Shown: positions 12,678-26,795, counted from the stretch's first letter. The stretch: DNA of 64,000 nucleotides from Spironucleus salmonicida (GCF_000497125.1 NC_090599.1:124001-188000); one strand, 5' to 3'. A program made the numbers and translations. Notes: generated by a model not told the origin, from the letters alone.

Positions 12678-13256
12678 ATGGCTTATAATGTAAAAATCAC
12701 TATACCTAAGACCTTTGAAGAAAACGAATAATTTTTAAAATAAAAGCTTGAAGAAGAATATCCTAACAATACCACAGAGCTAATGATAGCCGCTTCATAT
12801 GGTGATCTATTTACTTGTTAAAAACGGATTAAAGAAGCTGGAAAGACAAATTCAGCAGGTAATACAGCACTGATGTATGCATGCGGTTCAGGTAGATTAC
12901 CTGTTATTTAACTGCTAATTGAGAAAGAAGATATTAGGCTCAGAAACATAAAAGGTGCCTCTGGTGTGGATATGGCGTTCATGGCTAGGCGTTTCGAAGC
13001 ATGTAGCTTCTTAGAAACATACTGTATTCAACATAACTACCATGAGTTAAAACCTGTTATTAGATCAACAAAGTAAGGCGAACAATAAGCGGTCTAAAAG
13101 CTTAAATCGGATTATTAATTAGAAGCTAGTGATATGTATCCTGAGAGCACAAATTCTGTCAATTAGCATAAGTAATTACAAACTTTAAAATGTAATTGTG
13201 GTACAATAATTTCAAAATAGTATAAATTCTGCACTGGGTGCGGAAAAAAATAATGA
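12678..13256 (+). CDS. Ankyrin-repeat protein with C-terminal zinc ribbon
   Basis: TELMIAA, GNTALMYAC; C-terminal KCNCG...KFCTGCGKK. Confidence 0.85.
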
Positions 13257-13261
13257 TCAAT

Positions 13262-14356
13262 TCACTTTATATTCATAGACAAAGCAGAAATATCTTTTAG
13301 AATTTTGCCCATCTTTTTCTAGTCGATAACATCTTCAGTTTAAATACTCGTTTGTGTTAAAAATGTGTTTAAATTTATCATTTTTGGCAAGAGCATTTAT
13401 ACTCTAACATTTTGGACTATAAAATCATCTGTCAACTCTTTTGAAAATTATTAACTAAAAACATTGGCTTAATCAGTAAACATTTGTGCAAAGAACTAAA
13501 GCTAGGAAACAGGCTTTTAAATTTTTGTAAAAATATCAGTTATACCTCCTCGTGAATGTAAAATTTTAATTATTCCATTATCAAGGCCTATGAATACATT
13601 AGTAGATGCATCATTTGATGTGATGGCTGTTATTTTTAATTACTATTCTTGATCATTAAAAATCTCTACTTCTTCCTATTACGTATTTTCAAAACTAAGT
13701 AATCTCTAAAAGTAAATTTTACTTCCCTATACTACATACAGTTTGTCACCTAAAATACTCACAAGCTCTACTTCTTCTTAGAACGATATTATTTACCTAA
13801 CTTCAATTTAAGCTCCGTTTTATCCTTATACTAGTTCACTTACTCTAACTTTTCTATCACTACCACCTGATATTAAATAATTCCTCCAAAACTTAACAAA
13901 ATTAACCTTCAAACCATGATCATGAAAATTACTTATTTTTTCTCCACCTAATACTGCTAAACATACTGTTCCATCATCACTTCCAGAAAGTATAAGATTT
14001 TAGTATTGGTCTATTGAATTAATTTTTCGTGAATGATGATGCATTATCTAAATAAATTCGCCCAGCTATGTGAATAAATAAATTCTACCATCATTGGTTC
14101 CTAATGCCGTGTTTCCATTCACATCAGTAGATGCTAATGAAAATTCAACAGGAAATGTTGTTCGTGTTCTAACTGCAGGAGAATTATTAGAGAATGTATA
14201 TATTCGATTTTATCTAGATCTTATTGAAATAGAACCAAATGGAGTAAATGCTGAATAAAACCCTCCTTTATCATCACATTAAGATTTAAATAACTATGAT
14301 GTAGTATGTGGATCATAGATGGCATATTCATCGTTTAAAAACTAGGCACAAAGCAT
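13262..14356 (-). CDS. WD40-repeat protein
   Basis: HSRKINSI...LSGSDDGTV; HGLKVNFVKF...LISGGSDRKVRV. Confidence 0.75.
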
Positions 14357-14460
14357 AAAGAAAAGGTAGATGAAGTGATAAACATCTATTATATAATTTG
14401 TATATTTATGCAATAATTTGTATTTTATATTAATATATATCAAATTTATTATTACTAAAA

Positions 14461-14925
14461 ATGATTAAGAAGCAGAATAATTAATACCTTGTCTCTGTTG
14501 AAGAACTACTAAAAAATCCACAACTAGTTATTAATCAGTGTAAAAATCTTCCAATCATACCCTAGACCAAAAATGACAGGACAAATCTAAAATAAAACTA
14601 TCAGCGTTTCAGATGGACTTCAGAGCCAGAACGATTGTTTGATATCATTGTAACAGCTCTTGGAATACGTGATATTAAACCCAGATCATTTTTATAATAC
14701 TTTTCCAGCTATGATGTTAACTCTAATATATTGTCATCAAAAATATAAAAACATCGTTTAAAACTAATTAGATAATACTCACTGGAGAATATCAACTAAA
14801 TACAAAACTATCATTACTATTCTAAGCGTAATTCCGCAATAGTCGCTCAGCTAGCTGATCATTGGAGAATTCCTGGATTCTCCGGATTTTCGCATACTGA
14901 AATTCAGTAATTTATAAATGAATGA
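14461..14925 (+). CDS. GARP-like (SHAQKYF-class Myb) transcription factor
   Basis: RFRWTSEPERLFDIIVTALG...KPRSFL...SSKIQKHRL. Confidence 0.75.
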
Positions 14926-14927
14926 AT

Positions 14928-15758
14928 TCACTTTGCTCTTTATATATCTTTCCTATAGTCTTAAAACTGTAAGTTCAAGACGTCGTAAAACAATTCTTTC
15001 CACTCATCAAAACCTATTTCGTCCTTTCCCAAAGCTAGTTATAGGACCTCTATACACTCCACGACACCTCCAATTTCTAAGTCCATTTCTGGTTTAGGCA
15101 TCTTTTACTGAGAGTCTCCATCTCTTTCGGCTCTAAGCTTTTCATTTTCTTGTAAATTTTTATTAATATAATTAAGATGTTCGTGGTAGTCCTCTGCGAG
15201 CTGCAAGTGTAACTCGAGATCCTGATAACAAATATTGACAATTTCTGCCATCTTTTTTAGTGAAATTTTATCACTGAGATCTTTTGCACCAAGCATTAAA
15301 AATGATTCTGCAGCGAAATCAACTGTATCAGCTGCAGAGGTTCTGTAGTTTAAAATTTGAATAACATCTTAACCAGAAACTATCTTATTGGGTGCTTTTT
15401 TAGTACCAAAAGGCTCGCGTAAAAGTTGAAAGCAGGAGTTATAAGATAAGCATTTAATCGGATCAAAACGCGACTTGAAGAGCTACGGGGTAACTGTATT
15501 GTAGGGATTTGTAAAACCGTAGTTAGTGGTAAAATATGATAATGCGTATGATATTTCCTGCCTATTGAGTTGCTTACCATTTGAAATTATCTTTTACCGT
15601 GTTTTTTCTTGATAGGTAGAGTTTTATTCCTGCTCATACAAATCTTCTTCATTTTCATGAATTTACTCTATTATTTCATTGTTCTCTAACTATTCGATAC
15701 TTTAAATTTCTTGTTAGTTAGTATTTTCATTATTTTCTTGAACTTCTGGATTTTCCAT
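14928..15758 (-). CDS. Hypothetical protein with acidic N-terminus
   Basis: MENPEVQENNE...; contains track ORF 15105..15296; ends AAGTGA. Confidence 0.7.
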
Positions 15759-15805
15759 TCTATGATTATTGGAAATAAATATAATATATTATTATATAAA
15801 TAAAA

Positions 15806-16189
15806 TCAGTTGGCTTCCAATACAAAAACAACTTTTTCTTGGTCGCACAAAACATCACTTGAAAACATTCTTAGATTATATTTTTAAGGAAGTAATACAA
15901 TTTTCTATGTTTCATCAAAGTAAATGTCTGATAAATTTTCACATCGCATTGTCCCTATTTGATGGAACCCTGAATTTATTTTAGCCTATAATATAAATTA
16001 ATTAAATGTTATTTAAGTAAAATTTAAATTATCCAAAGGTCTTGATATATTCCCTTTAAATTTACAGTTTTCCAAATGAAACTCTACTTAACAACATGTA
16101 GTAATTGTTTTAAAAAAGGGATTCTGTAATGGAGAACAAGTTTACTAAAATTATTCTATTGACACAGATGCAAATGACGAAGAGGACAT
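15806..16189 (-). CDS. Hypothetical protein
   Basis: 127-aa ORF MSSSSFASVSIEQ... Confidence 0.55.
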
Positions 16190-16350
16190 TTCTTTTATTT
16201 ATTATCTTCCGGTTATTAGGTATAATAATATAAAATGTAATTTTTTAATACTACTTTATTAATAAAATTAATTATAGTAACTTTATAGTTTCGTAAAAAC
16301 TATCAATTATTTTATTATATTTCAAATCAATATCTGAGGCCGCACTCTAA

Positions 16351-17352
16351 ATGGTAGATCAACCTCATCCTTGCTTACTCCCGTTGAGTAGATAACATAA
16401 TGTTTATTATTATTTTATATAACCATTATTGACAATTTTATATCCATTTACTTTTGTATTAAGGATTGTATTAGTAATTCCATTATTAGCTTTATCAGCA
16501 TTTATTGATTATCTGACAAATTTGAGAACTGATCAAACAAAGCCATTATCTAATATTAGAAGAAGCATATATAGGATATAGAAAGCAATCCTATACAGAA
16601 CTGCACTATTTTTTTGTGGATGGATATTAGTTGTTAAAGGCAAGCCTAGTTAAAAAGCAAAAGCTCTTATGTCTAATCACTCTTCCATGTTGGATATTTT
16701 AGTATGTACAGCATCGGGCGTTGAGTCATGCATTTCTAAAGCAGGTATTGCTAATAACAAACTATTTGGTCCTACTATTCGTGTAACTAGATCAATTTTA
16801 GCTCGTTCAGGTGGAGCTACTGACGAAATAATAAAAAGATTTTCAGAGGATGGTTGGCCTCCATTAGGAGTTTTTCCTGCTGGGACAACAACTGTTTAAG
16901 CTGCAACTCCTAAAATGAGGACAGGTGTGTTTGTAAGCAAACCCAGTATTTAATTAGCTACTATAAAATATAATTCATTAGAAAATCCTTTCTATACTAC
17001 TGGTCCTAAAAACCATATCATTGGTGTGACTAGAGGATTATTCGGTTTAATTACTTTAGAGTTTTATGATGAGGTATACTAAGCAACTGAAGAGGAAGAT
17101 TATCATAATTATGCAGATAGAGTTGGTCAAAATTTAGCATAAAATTTAAATTCTCAGCTTACCACTTATTCTTTTAAGGACTCAGTCTGGTTCAGCGGTA
17201 ATAAATCTGTATCTAAAGAACAATTATCAGAAGATTATTAGAATGAATAATTATGGAGAGGGAACTATGAGTAATGGACGAAACTCTGTAAATAAAAACA
17301 TAAAAACCCGATGTTTGCTTGGTCTAAAGAGTAACTTGGGATTTTGGACTGA
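16351..17352 (+). CDS. Lysophospholipid acyltransferase (LPCAT/AGPAT family)
   Basis: N-terminal TM segment; catalytic SNHSSMLD (HX4D); VFPAGTT. Confidence 0.85.
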
Positions 17353-17366
17353 TATCTTCATTTAAT

Positions 17367-18095
17367 TCACTCTTCATATAATGATCCAATATATTATTAA
17401 ATTTTAGCCACATATTTTTCTGGAACATCCACAGCTATTAACTCTTCTCCTTTAGTATCACCTCCACTATAAATATACTCTTATAAACCACGCTCATCCA
17501 TCATTTAAATTTCTTTAATTGTAATTAACCCAGCCCAATGATATTAGGCAGTTTTCCATAGAACTGCTTCATTCCCACTAATTACTCGTCTAACTCTAGC
17601 TAATGCATCAACTACTGTAAAAGGACATGTTGATATAATTTATGTTGATTTTTTAAGATATTTAGGTAATTTTCTAGGGGGTTGTATAACAATTTTTTTA
17701 AAACGTTGGACTTATTCCAATAGCTATAATTCTTCCCCAGATAACCTTGGTCTCAATTAAGCTGTTTAGTGCTTAGAGTAACGGACTAATGCTAAGTGAA
17801 TAGTTTATGAAAAATCTAAATTCGGTAGCTCTTCTTAGTGTAAAAACTCTTACTCTCTAAAATTTTCTGCTAGGGCAATTCTAAAAAATTATTATCTAAG
17901 ATAACTGGCTTCTGATGCGGCCTGAATTGCAGCATGAAGTTAAGTATAGGATTAAAATGCTTCTCTAGATAAAACAAGTTATTCATTCGATTAATAAATA
18001 TAATCTGGAGAATCTATTGTCTTAGAATTTGTTAGCGAATAAATAGTTAGATCCACTTGAACAATATGTTCTTGGGATAATATATCAATTGTCAT
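17367..18095 (-). CDS. Hypothetical protein
   Basis: 242-aa ORF; upstream TTTCCACTCTTGA-ATG; ends GAGTGA. Confidence 0.65.
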
Positions 18096-18764
18096 TCAAG
18101 AGTGGAAAAATATAAAACATACTATTATATAATATAATGATGGTAGTATATTCAAAATTTATTACTAATATTCATTATTGATATATAAAATAGTATATAT
18201 ATAGTTTTACTTTAACTTATACTAATTCAGACTATCCACGCTGTAAACATTATTATAAGTAACGCACTGAAATTATCATCTATCTTTCAATAGTTGGTAT
18301 ATATATTAAAAAAATAAACCTGGTAAGATTACTAATGACTGTGTATATTAATTATATAAGAATCGTAGGTTATTTTAGTTAATATTATAAATTAGCCTAA
18401 ATTTTTATAGAAAATAGATTACTAAACGAGCGCATAGTTTTTGCGCCCAACTTTATTTATTCGGATATTGTTGTCTTTGCACATACAAGTATAGTCGTTA
18501 ATTTTATTTATAGGAATTGAAATAAATTAAATAAAGTCATTTATATACATATTATAATCATTACCTCTTTTTTAAACATAAAAGAAATTACTTTCTACCA
18601 AATAGGGTATTATAAGATTTTAAAACGTAAATACTTAAAAGTCTACTTGCTTTACTCCATAGAAACAATAATATTTTTGATTAAACAATGTATCCACGAT
18701 AAAATGAATCAATATATAACCTACCCAATATTATCCAAAATACCGTGACAAGACTTCTCTCACA

Positions 18765-19406
18765 TCACAACCCTTTCTCAAAAACTACCTTAAAACCGTC
18801 TTATCCCAAAACAGCAACGCTATATCCGCCTTCTACAACTTCTCCCATTACTCCTTTCACCATTTCTACTCCAAACTCACTATTTCCAAAAAGCCTCTCG
18901 ATTTCTTCTTATCCACTGGCAGCTCCAGCTCCGATGGCTTTTCCGAGCCATTCTTAGGCGTTTCCAGCGGCATCAACACAGAAACAGCGTCCTTTTTAAC
19001 AAAGTAAAATTGCACAGCCAAAAGGTCTTCCCATCGCTGCTTTTTTAGAGGAAGAACGTCCGAAATTAGACATGAAATTTGCAATTTGATTTGCAAGCTA
19101 TTAGAGCGAAATTTCACTGCCAAAATTGAATTTATGGTTTAATGAAATAGAACGAAGTTGTGTATATACTAACGATATATCGGATGAATAACCAGAAGAT
19201 ACAGCGTAAATTGAATCAGATATTTTTGCGAATGGTGATTTTGCGGCAGCAAGTGGCTAAGATATAGTTTCTGCTGCAAGGATTGTTTGTCCTTTACTGG
19301 TCACGCAGAGAGATGTGAGAGATAATTGAACTGATTTTAAAGCATATTCAGTCTAGTAAATTCTACCTTCTGGTGAGAAGACTCCAACATGACGATCGTA
19401 AGACAT
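18765..19406 (-). CDS. PSMA5: 20S proteasome alpha subunit (alpha5-like)
   Basis: MSYDRHVGVFSPEGRIYQTEYA; MGRPFGCAIL; GKAIGAG. Confidence 0.85.
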
Positions 19407-19674
19407 TTTAGAGGTGGGTGAAATAAAATTATATGATATTATACTATAATAAAATAAAACTTATGTGACTAGAAAATATAATCGATCACTTACTTCAAGA
19501 GTTTATTAATTCTCTGATATATTTCATTGATAGAAACTATCAGTTCATTTTAATATTAACAATGAAACAAGTATATTTTATATCGATTTATAAATAATGT
19601 GATTATGCTTTAATAATTCATCAGTTTATAAATATTAAACAATGTCGACTTAGAAAACGAATGGTATATATGAG

Positions 19675-20475
19675 TCACTTCAAAGAATATGAATTTTACT
19701 TTTCTGCATACCTTATTTATACTGGTGGAGGAATTGGTTCAGCTTATTAAGTTTTGAAAACAGGTTAATTTTCTTTCAAATTTACTTATTTTTAAACAGT
19801 TAATTCCATTTATAATTCAGTTTTTTATCCTGAAATACTATACTTTGCCTTTACGTCAACTAATTCAACGACTTCAGTTATTTTTGTATCTGTTTAATTT
19901 GATAAATTAAGGTTGCGTTTAAAATTACTTTTCATTTCTGCTATAGTATCACATTTAGCTTATGGCTCTTCTAAATTTATTGGAGCTACTTATAAGTTTG
20001 GATTTTCAATATAGTTCTCATTTTTTCTTAGCTATTATCCCTGATTTTTTTAATCACCAATGTTAATCGTATATTTTGAAAAGTTATAGTCGGATTTTTT
20101 ACCAGTGAGTTTTTCGTTAACTTCAAACTGATTATAATTTTTGGGTACCTTTAAGTTCAATTTTATATTATCATACTTATCTAAGTCATAATAGGCTATC
20201 TCTTTTTTTATGTTATTTTTATCATTAATAACATTAGCTATTTCTATATCTATGAAGTTTTCAGAATTACTTTTAGATTATTGGCTAATTTACTATAATT
20301 ATTTTATGTCTTTTATCCAGAATTCCTTATTAATAATACCAATGAGTCCTTTATATTAAATTGTTAATTTCTCATCATTATATTCTATCAATTTTCCATA
20401 TTTTCTTTTATGGTTATTAAGTGCATAAAATTAGATGTCTGTATGTAGAAATGATTAAAGTTTTTAGACATCCAT
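19675..20475 (-). CDS. Hypothetical protein
   Basis: 266-aa ORF checked for in-frame TGA; ends AAGTGA. Confidence 0.65.
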
Positions 20476-20528
20476 TTTATGAAAGATAAAAGAAGTGGTA
20501 TACATCTAATTATAATATAGTATAATAA

Positions 20529-22046
20529 TCAATCTGATGCACTATCTATATCTTTAAAAAATGCTTATCGTTATGCAATCTTTTTAGATTTACTAAGGGC
20601 TTACTTCTTCATTTTATCCTTTTAGCTTATCTTTTTAGTTATATTAACAGGTGCAAAAAAATCTGAAAATGATGAATCTGAGTCTATATGGCCAGGTTAA
20701 ATAATTTTTAGAAATTATCCTCCACTTTTTATCTCAGATATGCCTCCTCTACTTACCTCTTTTACATCTCCTGCCTCATCTATATCGACATCATCACTAG
20801 ACTCTGATTCGTCACTTTCTTCCACAGATTTAGTAGACTAATCCTAAACGGTTTTATTTATATTCTCATTGTTTTCATGTTATTCTGTCTATTCACCTTC
20901 ATGAGCAGTTTCTTCAGTTTCAAATTTTTCCTCAACGTCAATTTATTTGATCCCTATATCTTCCGCAAACCACTACATATCTTAAATAAATAATTTATTA
21001 CTTGCTCCACCTATTGCTAATAGGGAATAATCCTAACTAGGCTCAATTATCAGCACTGGATTGTTCTCATTTTCACATAAGGTACCTAATATTTAAAATG
21101 GTCGAATGCTTAAAATTTAAACACTTCCATTTTCACAACCAAAAAGCATAATACCTCCAGGAAGCTTGCAAATTGTTTCAATTGACTGAAACTAAGTTTA
21201 TAACTTTTGAATGGGCAGACTAAGCTCAGTTATATCATATTTTAATATTTCACCCTCTGAGGTACCTACAATTGTGAAATTAAAAATTGTCTCTAAACAG
21301 TTTAAATCATAATCTTCAGGTAGCGAATTCTCCTCTAGCCGAGAACTGAATGAATTTTTTAATTGAGATTTATATAAATAAACAGTTCCATCTCCTGAAG
21401 AGACAACTATCAAATCTTTTAATTACTTAATAGACGAAATAAAATCAGCAGCATCATGAAATTTACAAATGGTCGTATTGGTATTAATATTCTATATAAT
21501 GAGTTCACCATTATCTGTTCCAAAGGCAAAATAATAATTATCATGTAGTGTCTACGGGGCAGGGGGGAAATTCGCCCTCTTAAATGGTTAGATTAACTCT
21601 CTTTGCAAAGCAGCAATTTTTAAATTTTTTGATAATTCTTTTTATACCAAATTAAAAGAGTCATTATCAAAATTAAGCTACTAAAAAGCAGTAATTCCAG
21701 TGATATTAATATCAAAACGAGATTTGAACGAGTTATTCTCAATCATGAAAATTGCTGAGTTTGTATTAGAGCAAACAAAAAATTCATTTTCAGAAATGAA
21801 TGATGAATACCTTATAGCTGCAGATGAAAAATTACAATGATAAATAATAACAGTATGTAGCTAAAGTTTGTTGTCTAAATCAAAATCTTCAGAATTAAAA
21901 GAAGATGGTTCATCTTCTGGAGGTAAGATTTCACGAAGAATTAAATCTCCAACTTAGGTCCCATAAAGTATCATTAGGTGATTTGGACGAAAACATGCAG
22001 AAGTAACAATTGACTCTGTATCTATTGTTAAAAGGGTTTGTGACAT
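20529..22046 (-). CDS. WD40 protein, WDR55/Jip5-like, with acidic C-terminal region
   Basis: SACFRPNHLMILYGTQVGDL; VVSSGDGTV; IVGTSEG; D/E/S-rich tail ending AFFKDIDSASD. Confidence 0.7.
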
Positions 22047-22105
22047 TTTTGAAGGAATTGAAAAATAAAATATTATCATTTATTATATAGTTATCGCCAG
22101 TTTCT

Positions 22106-25100
22106 TCAAATAACTTCTCGCTCAATCCTACTGCCCTCGCAGCTCCCAACAACTTTAATTACCTTGCATTCGAGTTAACTTTCAGACATGATCCGTTCCC
22201 CAAAACTTTCACTGTGTGTTATGACCAAAAATTGCAATTAGCTTTTAGCACAAAATTCTGCAAGAACACGCGCCAATTCACCCTCATTACCTTCGTCTAA
22301 AAAGTTCGTAGGCTCATCTGTGCTGAAAATTGCAACACCAACATTTAGCGCTGAAACAAGTGCCACGCGAATTAAAATACTAGCTAATGCCTTCTAGCCG
22401 GCAGATATCATCCCTGTGAGAGGCCTCCATTCGTGATTAGACAACCCGAGTATCTCGAGTGTCTATTTCTAGACATTTCGAGAAAGTTTGATCGTTTCTA
22501 TATCTTTTCGCGAGTAAACTTGAACCCATAAACTTTCGAGGATCGAGTTGGCACGCGTAAAGCATGAGTCTTGAAACGTTGTGATGGCCGTTTTGAGCTG
22601 AATTGAGGCCGTTTTGAGCTCTTTTGAGAGATGAAAATTAGTAAGATTTTGAGCAAAAATACGCGTAATTTGAAGCTGTTTCTGACCTAGCAACTAAAGG
22701 GCTTGTGAAGAATTTGCGAGTGACTTGAAATTTTACGAAGTAGAAATTAGAAATTCATTTAGAATGCTCAAATTTTAGGCATAAAAATTGTGAGGTTTTG
22801 TGATGGTTTCCAACGATTATGCTGCCAATTTAACAGCTTTTGAGAGACTAGTTGGCATGTCTGATTTCAGTTTCTCGTGAAATTCGAATATCCTCGCAAG
22901 CTTTGCCAGGAATGTTGGCAATAAGCTGATGATTTGATTATGAGAGTTGTCAATTTGCGATTTCTTGGCCTTCAAATTTGTTATTTAGGACTGCTTAAAA
23001 ATGTGTTATTGCTGGTTTTAAAGGGAGATTTAGAGGGTTTAAATTGTCGAATTTGAGATTATTATATCATTCTCTATTTATCTTATCTCGTTTTTAAGCT
23101 CTTTTTAGTGCTTTTAGGCATTAAATTTGTCAATTTGACTCAGCGTTGAAAGAATTTTTGGCAAGTTCACCAGAACTGATTTGTTGAGTTCATCAAACGC
23201 GTTTTAGGCAGAGGACAGCGCCTTTTCGCTGGATTCGGCTAGAAGCGATTTTTGAGCAATCTCGATTTTGAGCTATTCTATTTTTTTGCTATTCGCGATA
23301 ATGAGGCCTTAAAAATCCTCTTAGTTAATTTTCAGGTTTTGGCGTTTTTTCTGTGCTCCGCGGAGCTTCAAAATATCGATATTTAGCGTTTGCGTAGCGA
23401 GCTATAACTCGTTTATTTGCATCTGCAACGCCTGGAATGCATTTTACTTTTCAGCAATGGAGTCTTTAACATTGATATTTTGTATATTACTAGATTGGAA
23501 GGAATTAATATTTTCTATCGTGGTATTGCTCGTTAAATTTTATAATAACGTGTTGTAGTCTCCAAATAGTTCCAATTGTTTTAAGACGGTTTAGTCATCT
23601 GCGAAAATTTAAAATAGCTAAATTTATTTTTGGTGTGTAAATATTAAATTAAATTCTTAAATTATGGATAGTGTAGTATCTAAAAGAGTCAATTAATCTT
23701 GTAGATCATCTAAAAATTTATTAATGTCTTCTATATCGGAAATATTAAATAGTGATAAAAATTCTTCTAAAAATTACCCAAATTCTATATGATCTTAAAT
23801 TTTTAATAGTTATTGCTTATTAGATGCTAGTGCACTTTATTAGATTTAAAATTCTGATAATAATTATACTAATTATGCTAAAAACACACCATCGTACGAT
23901 TTTCCCCTAACAAATTATTTTAAACTATCAGAAAAAACATTCAACTAGTGGACCTGATCGATGCCTTTTAAAATATAATTAGCTTATTCACATCCATCTT
24001 CAATGCTCGATATATGCTGTTCCAATAATTATGAGATAGCATTAAAAAACTCAATAGAACTATTAAAATTCAAATTTTATTTATTTTTAACAATTATAAT
24101 ATTTCTATATTTTACATTAATTATATTGAACATATTTTATAAAGTTAAGTCTTGTTAATTGCAGTATTATTATAACTAAGTATAGGCGTCTATAGAATTT
24201 TCTAACAACTGATTTTCAGTAAATTTTTTGGCTATTATACGATTATCTTCAGCTACAAGTTAACATTCCATAATCATTTACATTCCTATAATACCTTGAT
24301 TGACATCTTATTAATCTTTTTATAAAGCATTTAGCTGTTTTGTCTAAGATTAATATTTATTTTCATATTATACCAATAACTAATCCTCTCTAATCAAATT
24401 TTCCTGTTTTTACAAATCTTATTAATTTTACTTTAAATCAATTACTGATTTATTTAATTGAGTTTACAATAATTCTAAAGAGTCCTTTGAAAATTAAAAA
24501 TCAATTTAAGTTATTTTATACTCTTTCTTAACTGAGACAACACGTTCGTTAAATAATTAGTATATGTCAATGAAAGCATCTTAATTAGTGCCTGTCTTAT
24601 TTTTTAACTTATTAATTTGTATATTTATGAAAGATGGATTTTCTTAAAAAAGGTTGGCAATAAATTGTTAAACTTAATCTTCCATAATAATAGCATCTTC
24701 TTGAGTAATAATTTTATCACTATTATCATATTAAATCAAATCTTATTCAAAATCGTTTTTACGGATAATAAGATTTTGCTTCATTTGCTTTTCTTAATCT
24801 AATTTATTCTCTAATGTATCATCAATAACAAAATTAGATATAATCAGTACATCAACCACATCACCCAAAGCTATGATTTAATTAAATAATACAAATATCT
24901 CTTTAAACTACCCTAGAACTTCGCTAGATAACTCTAAAGCTTATTTACTAATATTTTGCAAAATAACTGCTTTTTGTTTTTCTTTTTACTATTATATTAA
25001 ATCCATTATATTTGTGTCTGCCTTTGCACGACGATTTCCTTCAGTTGAAAGCTCAGATGAGAATTTTGCTAACTTTTCAACATCAAATATTTCATTTGCT

Positions 25101-25489
25101 GTTTTATATAGGTCAGCTGGTTTTTGAAACATCCAATATGACTCTTCTACGGAGCAAAATAACAAATAATTCATGATTCCAGGTGAAATTTATTGATTTT
25201 GCGTGAGTATTCTTTTAGTGGATTTACCAGTTATCTGCAGTTCTTAATTAAAAACTTAATCATCAGAAAGTATAATTTTTGATGTTACTGTGAATGGAGG
25301 TCTTACTTTTTAGGAAGGGAAAGTGGAAGTGGCAGACCCTGAAAGTGAAAATTTTAATGCCTCTAATATTGTAGTCTTCCCAGCTCCATTAGGACCAATT
25401 ATTATATTAAGACTAGGAGAAAATTCAACCTTAGTTTTATTAACAAAGGATCTAATGTTTTAAAATTCAAGAGATTTAACTTTAAGCAT
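22106..25489 (-). CDS. RAD50: DNA repair protein RAD50
   Basis: NIRSF; Walker A GPNGAGKTT; signature SAGQKALASILIRVAL; DEPTNFLD; VITH; long coiled coil. Confidence 0.92.
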
Positions 25490-25550
25490 TTTTAAAATAA
25501 ACAGATGTAATAGATATAATAATAAGATATAGCAACATCAAAAAAGTAAA

Positions 25551-25955
25551 TCATTCTTACAAAGTTTTGAATGCACTGAAACTGCTCATTACACTTTCGT
25601 TGTCACTTTTATCAATTATTGATGATAAAAATGTATTTCTCATTAGTTTTTGTTTTTCAAATTATTATAAATCCTCCACTTAGTAAATTGATGATACTGT
25701 ATCAAAATCCATTGAAACCTTTGGCTTCAATAATTATGAATCACATTTTTAATGTAAATTTAATTCTATTTGCTTGGAATTATATCCATACTAGACTGAT
25801 TATGCTCCTGGATTATAATTTGAACGATCAGTTGTGGGAAATGCTAGTGACTTCGAATATACTTATTACTTAACTTTCTTATTCAATATAATTGTTTATT
25901 GAGCAGGTGTCTAAAATTGAGGGTTATTATTCTACTGTACAAACATGGGAGGCAT
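25551..25955 (-). CDS. Hypothetical protein
   Basis: 134-aa ORF MPPMFVQQ...; TCCACTCC element upstream of the ATG. Confidence 0.65.
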
Positions 25956-26231
25956 TTTGTAATTGGAGTGGATTTTATAAGTTATAGTTACTAAATATAT
26001 ATTTTAAAATAATGATAGTGATAATGAACATTTTCCGTTATCTATTTACTTACCAATTAATTGAAATAAATTTTGTGGTTTCTAATGTGGAAATTTATAA
26101 GAAATTAATTTCTTTTAAATTACATTATACTTTAACAAATATATTCAATCAGAAATAGTGATTTAAAAAAATAATTGTCGCTCCACTTTAAGAATTATAT
26201 TATTATATTATAATTTCAATAAACAGTTAAA

Positions 26232-26795
26232 ATGCCTGACTTTAATGCTTTGTAGCCTCCAAGTGTTTTGCCATTTTCCCATACACCACCTGAATAACTT
26301 AACCATACTTTTTCCTAGATTATTGATTAGGCTTCTATACATACAGCTACTGCTAGAAAATTATTACTAGATCTTCCAAACTAACATCCTGGTCTAGCAT
26401 CCTGTGCCTAATATTGGATCTTCTGTGTGAAATTTGAGTTATGTGCATCATCTTTTGGTCTCGCAACTGAGCGTCTAAATCAAGCATTTTCACACAAAGC
26501 GCAACCTGTTGAAACTTTGAAATAGACTCAGAAGTATCTCAATTAAATAGCCATAAAAAGCGATTTTGCAGCAGAAATTCTACCGAAAATCGAAAAAAAT
26601 TAAGTTTTTTAATAAAGTTAAACACTAATGAAAAAAGGAGCAGAATATGTTGAGAATATTAAAGAAGATATGTCTGAATACTATTAAGGAAGAGAATAAC
26701 AGGAAAAATACGTATTTGAGTAAGATGGGCGGGAAATTGTATAGATTTTAGGTAGTGTTGGCGGCAGTGTAGAGGAATTTATTGGCTACGAGTGA
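26232..26795 (+). CDS. Protein with CKAP2_C / Mad3-Bub1-like helical repeat
   Basis: LLDLPNQHPGLASCAQYWI...RLNQAFSHKAQPVETLK; ends GAGTGA. Confidence 0.55.

Noticed and set aside
15769-16350. Long open plus-strand frame continuous with the acyltransferase
   Set aside because: It overlaps a better minus-strand ORF (15806-16189) and an AT-rich promoter-like spacer; ATG 16351 is the plausible start.
18429-18447. GCGCA..TGCGC short hairpin in an intergenic gap
   Set aside because: A 5-6 bp stem with no further support.
18688-19530. Plus-strand frame with several in-frame TGA, suggesting TGA=Trp or selenocysteine
   Set aside because: It is the antisense shadow of the proteasome alpha5 gene, which reads cleanly on the minus strand; the same applies to 25800-25950.
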